A DNA stretch of 64,000 nucleotides, from positions 75,764,001 to 75,828,000 of the forward strand of contig OX597819.1 in NCBI GenBank assembly GCA_951406725.2, read 5' to 3'. Made by a program: the position numbers and the translations under genes. Numbering within the stretch: position 1 is the stretch's first letter; the number at the start of each line of letters is the position of its first letter. Below the pieces are notes generated by a model. That model was not told the origin of the DNA. It made no database searches and saw only the letters and a program-made list of their open reading frames with translations. This DNA is from Octopus vulgaris. Taxonomy: Eukaryota. Positions 55,921-64,000 of this stretch are shown here, piece after piece.

Positions 55921-56397
55921 AGAAAACGTTAAAATGCACCAAATTTTATACACATATATCTGATGGAATAAAGCAAGTTTATTTATTTACATACAAGCTA
56001 TATATTTTTTTATCATATATTTATATGTAAAAAATGAAAAATAAGAAAATCAATATAGCAGTTTTACAGTAAATATATCAGTGTACGTTTCATAAGCTGA
56101 GTTTTACACGGACATCACACAACAAAGGTGAGGGAAAAAAAAAATCACATACTGTTGAAACGTTCTCGTAGAAAAAAAAAACGGTTTAACGGAATAAATT
56201 TTAGTGCCTGCTGTAACTTATAGATATTAGGCAGTAGAAGAAAACACTTATTTACTAAAAAAAAAAATAAAACAGTAATTTTTTACTGAGTGTGAAATAT
56301 TTACGGTGGCGTTTAGCCTTTTTAAAATTCAAAGCGATATTTTTCTTTGTATTTTAAGACCTTATGCAGTTAAGTATGTATGAACTTTTATATGTAT

Positions 56398-56440
<43 letters not shown>

Positions 56441-56444
56441 CACA

Positions 56445-56504
<60 letters not shown>

Positions 56505-56950
56505 TATATACATACACATATGCATATGTATGCATGCATGTATATACAGAAACACATATACATATATAAACACAGTGAAAATCTAAATTCAATTAAGAAC
56601 TCAATATGAATTATAATATTATAATGTAGAGACATTTTATAAATTTTTATATGAGTATTGAACTAACAGTCAAAATGTCAGTTACAGGTTACTCTTAATC
56701 CCTAAGCCTAATGCTCTCGTAATGTGGGCATAAGAGTAACATAAAGCAGGTGAATTACCCCTAAATGTGTGCGCTTTCGTGTATATTTGCATGTGTGAAT
56801 ATATGTATATATGATATATATATGTGTGTATATGTGTGTGAGTGTCTGTGAGTGAGTGGATCAACATACTCGTCTACAATCGACAACTCGTGGAGTATAC
56901 ATAGCTCTTCTTTGCTCTTTTTAAGATTTTTAAATTACCTTCTTTCCGCC

Positions 56951-56982
<32 letters not shown>

Positions 56983-57479
56983 GGAATGAGGTAATCGCAT
57001 GGCAGAATTTTGGAGGGAAAATTTACGTTCCCAGTCGTTACTTAGTTTTAACATCTGCGCACTTCCCCCCACTATCTGATGTCGCTGGGTCAGAAGTGAG
57101 GGCCAGTGGCATTTGGTAAAGCTATCGAATATACCGCCGATGACGGAAATCAAACTACTTTTCTATGTTTGTGATCCAGAAACACGTGTTCGTTATTAAC
57201 GGTAAGTGACTGCTTTCGTCTATTTGCTACTCCGGTTTTGTGTATGTGAGCCCCACGGGCCTTCGTTTTTGGAATCTCCACTTATAGAAAATGGAAAAAA
57301 CGGTCTTTGACAGCCATTTCTAATTCCTACGGTATGAGGCGAAACAGCCTGCTGCTAGCCATCTTATTTACTTTACTATATATATATAGATATAGATATA
57401 TATATACATACGCACACACGTTTATAGTTTATCTTTTACTTGTTTAACTCTGTGGCCATGCAGAGTTCTTTTTCGTTTT

Positions 57480-58010
57480 TTAACCACCTCCTCTGCTACC
57501 ATCATCTCCTCCACACCATCTTGTACCATTCGTCCGGCTTCTCTTGTTCTTCAGACTCTTCCATCTGTTGTTCGTCCTCTCTCTGGGGCACTCCGCCCTC
57601 ATGTGGCCTCCCTCCCTGCATTGATAACATATAGGAGGCCCGCGCTCCACTACCACTCTCAGCCTCAAATCCCCGGGCAAAATTACTTCCTCCACAATTT
57701 CGTTTGTCTCTCAAACCTGCTTGTATGGCGATCTCCATGCCATAACCCCACAATTCAACCCTCTGGTTTCCGTCACCTTCAGCACTCTTGCGTCCTCCTC
57801 CATGTTGAACACCATCGCTGCCACCAACCATATTTCTTATATTTCAGGGGGTACCTTTGCTACTCTCACCCTGGCAACACGCTTGCCACAGTACGTTGGC
57901 CTAAGTACCCATTTTTCCATGCTAAAAAGTTCTACAGTGAGCTTCGAATGTCTCGTCACCACTGACCCTAACCCTAACCTTTAATCCTTGAGTTTGCATA
58001 TAGGCTCCAC
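57480..58010 (-). pseudogene. Non-LTR ORF1 (gag-like) fragment with CCHC zinc knuckle, L1/Tx1-like
   Basis: LRVVVERGPPICYQCREGGHMRAECP (Cx2Cx4Hx4C). The upstream part is frameshifted. Confidence 0.65.
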
Positions 58011-58702
58011 TACAACAGTGTTATAACAATACAAAGACTAAATCAGTAACAAACACATAGCAAATTTATATCTCATCTCAACGACTTCTACGACTGCCTT
58101 CATAAATGCGACTGAACACACCACACTGTATGTCGCTCTGTCAGTACGCATGTGCTTTTATAAGGTTTAAGACAGTTTACCTGCTATCCCACAGGGGTGT
58201 CAGTATTTCAGCACAACACACACACACATACACACACGTATACACACACATACACATACGTATACTTTTGTTATGTATAAATTCTCCACCCCATATTAGC
58301 GTGACTGTACATATTACGTATAAGCATCTGTCTATATAAGCACAGTCCAATAAATGCAAATACATTTGTCATAATCGCTAAATAGGAGAAATACAGAGAA
58401 TATGCCAACGACTTAAGGAAATAGTGAATTTCATCTGTCAAATACTAAGAGTTATCGTTATGATATTATTTCTAGCTTCACCCGACTTCTTGCAGACAAA
58501 AGCTACACAGAAATACATGAGAGTTGTTAAGGAGCTTAGTGTCAAAGATGTACAGTTTGTAGCATCGATCGTTTAATAGTCAAGTTGTGTAATATGACTT
58601 CAAGTGTGAAGAAAATCCTGTTGAGGAGACAAGCACACGTAGATATAGAAAAACTCAGACGCTCACACACAGACATACATACGCACACAAAGAAATGTAC
58701 AA

Positions 58703-58780
<78 letters not shown>

Positions 58781-59315
58781 ACACAAACAAGAATTTTACA
58801 AATGAGCAAAAATAGTATATTACAGAATATACATACATGTGTGTGTATGCGTCTGTGTGTGTCTCTCTCTTTCTCCTCCTTCCCTCCTCTCTCTCTCTCT
58901 CTATATAAATAGTTGCGTTGAAAAGATGTTTCCTTCACGTTGTGGAAGATGCACAGCGTTTTTAAATCTTTTTATCTAATAAAATATTTAAATAGTCAAC
59001 CGGTTTCGCTTGTGATAATCATGACTGAGAAATTAGCGAAAACAATATGATATATATGTGTGTGTATGTGTGTGTGTGTGATGGACCCAATATGTGGTCA
59101 CTAGATCTGCAAGAAAAAGCAGGTAAATTTCCCTCAAATCACATTCTACTGTATTGAAGAGAAGGTCACATTGGACATTTAAGGACACTATCTACAGTGA
59201 AGACGAAGTAATCATAGATTAAACGCTGTTGGCTATAAATATACTGTTTTACCAGAGTGTCTTTACTTTCTCTAATTATATAGCTCTTCTGAAACTTAAT
59301 ATATGACTGAAACAA

Positions 59316-59392
<77 letters not shown>

Positions 59393-59728
59393 AGAATGAA
59401 CACATGTTTACAGGATGGATCCTTCACGCGTTTCTTATAATGGGTGTTTGGGGCCCTAGAATAGGTGTTCCAAATGCTCAGTCACAATGGATAGTTACCA
59501 ACTACTTTATTGTATTATGGCTAGAGATAACTATGTCCCTTTATTATTATTTTTCTACAGGAAACAATACAGCATTATGAATATCTAATTGGAGCACTAA
59601 ACATAACAGTAGCAATCGCACATCTATTTCTACACACAATTCTTATTTTGTGTGTGTGTATGAGCGCGTATGTATGTGTGTGAGCATGCGTGTGTATATG
59701 TGCATATATGCATACATATATATGTACA

Positions 59729-60069
59729 TACGAGGAGGTGCTTAAAAGATCCTGACTTTCGGCAAAAGAAAATATAGGAGAATCACTCAATTATGATTTT
59801 AGTCTCAACATATTACCCTCCCAGATTCATACACTTATTGCAGTGGTCCCTCAGTTTCTCTAACCCTTAAAGCTAGGGGAGTGCTGAAATGGCCCTAGCT
59901 TTGGGTTAAATGATTTTATTCAACATAGTCTCCTCTGATTCACACCTGTTGCAGTTGTCCTTCAGTTTTTCTAGGCCCTGTGAAAGAACTCAGATTGTTG
60001 AGCCTTCAGCCAGGCCTTTCACGATACCCTTAAAACGCCAGGAACTTTTCAGCATCCACCCGCCTCGTA
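59729..60069. mobile_element. Mariner-type MITE with internal partial duplication
   Basis: TACGAGG...CCTCGTA termini; internal sequence related to 51317-51520. Confidence 0.75.
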
Positions 60070-60545
60070 TATACATATCATATCTATTACACACGAATCA
60101 CTTGCTAAACAAAGGCAAGAGAAAATCTAAATAATTTTCCGCCTCATCACATTTAAGTTGGTGAATTAAACGTAGTGATGATGCATGGAAAAATCATAGA
60201 AATTTGCAAAATTTCAATTAGAATTATTTCCCCCAACACTGCCCATCAAATGAAAAAAATCAACCGGTTTAAAAATAACGTCTTTTAATTCCATCTTTTT
60301 TATCCGTAAAGTATTGTATTATAAAAAAAAAAATAAAATTTAAAGAGCAAAACATGCGAGAAAAAAGTTCATTATATATTAATTCGATGTTGTAAAATAA
60401 TCAATCAATATATGAGTTCAAAGAGAAATATTTCATAATAAAAATGTGACGGTGAAATAAATTATTTTGTTATACTCTGGTCAGTAGTTTCCAAGTAATT
60501 CGTATGCAATGGTTATGCCGAAAATAAATACACACACATACACAC

Positions 60546-60588
<43 letters not shown>

Positions 60589-60968
60589 GATAAATATCAA
60601 AGTGAGTTATATACAGTAGCGGTAACACATCGTGACGTATTTTTGCCATTTCAATATGGCTAACCCCTAAGGGTGGATGCTACTGTAGTTTTTAGCCCCA
60701 GGAGGACACACTCCTCCAGCTGGCCATAGACACACTATCTGTGTCCTGTCAGTATTTGCAAAGGGAAGTCATCCTTCCCGTCTTCAACTTATGATACACT
60801 TAGGGGTTAGCCATATTGAAATGGCAAAAATACGTCACGATGTGTTACCGCTACTGTATATAACTCACTTTGATATTTATCATTGTTTGATTTCACTTTT
60901 TCAATATCAGCGACAGTGGGCGCTGGAAAAAGTATAAGTATTTGTGAAGGAAATCTAATTCTCGGCGA

Positions 60969-61038
60969 CAACTATGATTGTCACACGCTGACGAGAGGTC
61001 AATACCTCGAAACTCGAGTCCGTGTGTATCATAAGTTG
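60969..61038 (+). ncRNA. Type I hammerhead ribozyme with extended stem I
   Basis: CACACG-CUGACGA-GAGGU(caau)ACCUC-GAAA-C(UCGA)G-UC^-CGUGUG (60982-61026). Stem I extends by UAUGAU/AUCAUA and CAAC/GUUG. Predicted cleavage after C61020. Confidence 0.92.
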
Positions 61039-61320
61039 AAGACGGGAAGGATGACTTCCTTTGCAAATACTGACAGGACACAGATAGTGTGTCTATGGCC
61101 AGCTGGAGGAGTGTGTCCTCCTGGGGCTAAAAACTACAGTAGCATCCACCCTTAGGGGTTAGCCATATTGAAATGGCAAAAATACGTCACGATGTGTTAC
61201 CGCTACTGTATATAACTCACTTTGATATTTATCATTGTTTGATTTCACTTTTTCAATATCAGCGACAGTGGGCGCTGGAAAAAGTATAAGTATTTGTGAA
61301 GGAAATCTAATTCTCGGCGA

Positions 61321-61390
61321 CAACTATGATTGTCACACGCTGACGAGAGGTCAATACCTCGAAACTCGAGTCCGTGTGTATCATAAGTTG
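61321..61390 (+). ncRNA. Type I hammerhead ribozyme (second tandem copy)
   Basis: Identical to the first copy; core at 61334-61378; predicted cleavage after C61372. Confidence 0.92.
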
Positions 61391-61539
61391 AAGACGGGAA
61401 GGATGACTTCCCTTTGCAAATACTGACAGGACACAGATAGTGTGTCTATGGCCAGCTGGAGGAGTGTGTCCTCCTGGGGCTAAAAACTACAGTAGCATCC
61501 ACCCTTAGGGGTTAGCCATATTGAAATGGCAAAAATACG

Positions 61540-61603
<64 letters not shown>

Positions 61604-61664
61604 GCAAAGCAAGTGTTGTAAATTATATTTAGAAATGCAATTTACATAACACAAACTTATGATA

Positions 61665-62775
61665 ATGGTTTCAAATTTTGGCACAAGGCCAGAAATTTCG
61701 TTATGGTTTGTGGGGGGTAGATTGATTATATCGACCCCAGTTCTCAATAGGTAGTTATTTTATGGACAGGCAAGTTCGACCTTGGTGGAATTTGAACTCA
61801 GAACGTAAAGATGGACGAAATGCGGTTAACCATTTTACCCGCCGTGCTAACAATTCTGCCAACTCGCCACCTTAGGCAAGCTTACATTATTGAAACCAGT
61901 ACATTATATATCAAAAGTTGACAGTTCACTCCAGTTCGAAGATAGCCGAGACTGTATTCTTTTATGTGTTTGCATATGTGTTTGTGTATCTCTGTGTGTG
62001 CATGTGTGCATGCAAGTATGAGTGTAATAGAAAAAATAAATGCGCCCTTTTAAAGCCTAGCCAGGCTCATGGGCCCGGTTTCCCGGTTTCTATGCCGTAT
62101 GTGTTCCCCAGCTGGACGGGACGCCAGTCCATCGCAGCGTTACTCATTTTTGCCAGCTGAGTGGACTGGAGCAACGTGAAATGAAGTGTTTTGCTCAAGA
62201 ACACAATGCGTCGCCCGGTTCAGGAATCGAAACCACAATCTTACGATCATGGTGCTGACACACTATCCACTAAGCCACGCGCCTCCACATAAGTATGTGT
62301 GTGTACGTGACTAAATTTAATATGACTAAATCATCTTTTTAAACGATTAAAACCGGTTGCCTGTTATTTAGATAACGTGAATTCTTCCTTAATTTTTATC
62401 ATGACAAAGTTCTCAAAGTATTTATATTTTATGTTTTTGCTTTCATGTTCTACATATATATACATATGCATGTGTGGTAAGAAGCTTACTTCCCAACCAC
62501 ATGATTCCGAGTTCAGTCCTAGGTGCTTTTTATTATAGTCATGTATGTGATTTGGTAGACGAAAACTGGAAGAAGCCCGTAGTGTGTGTGTCAATCACCA
62601 CAGGACAACCGCTGTTGGTATGTTTACGTTCCTGTACCCTAACGGTTCGACAAAAGATTCCGATAGAATAAGTACTAGGCTCAAAAAAATAAGTCTCGGT
62701 GTCGAATTGTTCAACTAAAACCCTCCAAGGCGGTGCTCCAGCATGGCTGCAGTCAAATGAGTGAAACAAGAAAAA
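61665..62775. mobile_element. SINE cluster: family A (61665-61873 -), family C (62040-62287 -), family B (62470-62775 +)
   Basis: Matches to the other copies of each family in the window. Confidence 0.8.
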
Positions 62776-62813
62776 GATATCAGATGAAGTTAAAAGATAT
62801 ATGTATATATATG

Positions 62814-62875
<62 letters not shown>

Positions 62876-63009
62876 TGTGTGTGTGTATGTGTGTAAGTGT
62901 AAGCATGCATTTATGTATGTATTACAGATTTCATGTGCAAGCGAAAGCTTTCGCTTTAGCTAAATTATAGTCAGCTCTTTGAAACAAAATATTAAGTTTC
63001 AGAGGAGCT

Positions 63010-64000
63010 ATATATATTTAAGTAATGACAGGCTATATTCTGAAGTGACAGATATAACTGCGACCAGGATTGAGGACCGAATTAACACTGCATGAACGGA
63101 CATCTGTAGACGGAGACAAATACATAAATTCAAGGCAACTTCATCACAAATAACAGTAGATTACCGAGATTTTATCACCCCATTAAAACACACAAGAATA
63201 GCAAAACGATCCAGATTAGACCCATCATCTCCAGCGTGGAAGGCCCTCTATATAAAATATCCTGGTTACTTTCTCACCTCCTGAAACTCATACTCTCCAC
63301 CTTTCCTGGACACGTCAAGAACTCCGACGAAATCATCAAAAGACTGCACAAATTGCCCCTAGACCAACTCGGGCAAAACAGATATGCCTTTAGTCTTGAC
63401 GTTGTCTCAATGTACACAACGGTGCCAGCACACTCGGCGGTCAACCTATTGACTGACTGCATAACAGCGTCCGACATCCAATGCTTCGGACTTACCGCAG
63501 ATGGTATTCATCAAATTACGTCCATCATCGTGGACAACGCCTACTTCTCTTTCCAGGACTACATATACAAACAGACAACAAGTCTTTCCATGGGATTCAG
63601 ACTCTCGGGTCTATTAGCCATCACTTATATGAACCATCTGGAACGTCGAGCACTCAACATCTGCCACTCATGCACCTTCTTTACCAGGTACGTAGATGAC
63701 ATCCTCATACTCACATCCTCCCATGAAGAGGCTGACACAATATTCACGACGTTCAATAACATGGACATGAACATACAGTTCACTATAGAACATCCTGTCA
63801 TCACTGGATCGCTATCACTACTTGACTTCAAACTGAATATAACGGAAGGGGAGATCCACACCGAGTTCTACAGGAAAGCAGCCAGTAGAGATGTGTTTGT
63901 CCAATACAATTCAGCACTTCCACTCGGTGCCAAAATAGCCTATGCCAGATATGAACTTATACGCAACCAGGGTAAGTGCAGTAGAGCGGAGGACAAGTGA
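63010..64000 (+). pseudogene. Penelope-like element reverse transcriptase, 5'-truncated and disrupted
   Basis: PRFY..IKTHK....IRPIISS, SLDVVSMYTTVP, YFSFQDYIYKQ..LSMG..LS..LA..YM..LE, RYVDDIL, IQFTIE, LLD, YRK are PLE-type RT motifs. There is a frameshift and stop upstream of 63236 and a TGA at 63998-64000 before any GIY-YIG domain. Confidence 0.88.

Larger units (their letters stand above)
60586..61543 (+). mobile_element. Hammerhead-containing tandem non-coding retroelement (retrozyme-like / PLE pseudo-LTR array), family 6
   Basis: Inverted partial copy at 60586-60799, then direct units 60799-61150, 61151-61503 and partial 61504-61543. The two full units differ by one C. Each contains a hammerhead and the array has (TA)n flanks. 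Confidence 0.88.

Noticed and set aside
57300-57360. GCC…GGC-GAAAC hammerhead-like segment
   Set aside because: No CUGANGA and no UH cleavage triplet in register.
57965-57980. CCCTAA telomere-like repeats
   Set aside because: Only about two units, lying inside the ORF1 relic.
60883-61426. Repeated 90-aa and 63-aa ORFs in the tandem unit
   Set aside because: Non-ATG starts, a 1-nt indel changes the C-terminus, and they read through the ribozyme. The unit is better explained as non-coding RNA.

Overview
AT-rich, microsatellite-saturated eukaryotic DNA. The SINE families resemble those I recognise from octopus/coleoid genomes, but that assignment is unverified. I recognise no host protein-coding gene, and most listed ORFs are translations of (TA)n/(TATG)n/(CA)n repeats. 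The window is a retroelement landscape. It holds one CR1-group LINE with an intact 1005-aa APE-RT ORF2 plus two truncated relatives, a Penelope-like (PLE) RT at the right edge, and PLE GIY-YIG relics. It also holds R4/Dong-type, RTE and L1/Tx1-type relics, three tRNA-derived SINE families, mariner MITEs, Helitron pieces, a foldback element and an intron-bearing tRNA-Lys pseudogene. The most interesting signal is a set of non-coding elements, nearly all embedded in (TA)n-type microsatellites, built as an inverted arm plus a direct arm plus a tail. They belong to about six sequence-unrelated families, and several carry minimal type I hammerhead ribozymes with palindromic stem-III loops. The best case (60586-61543) has two intact hammerheads exactly 352 nt apart in tandem. 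It is predicted to self-excise a 352-nt monomer able to circularise, i.e. a retrozyme-like/PLE-derived element, and lies about 1.5 kb from a PLE reverse transcriptase. Coordinates of degraded repeats are approximate and all alignments were done by eye.
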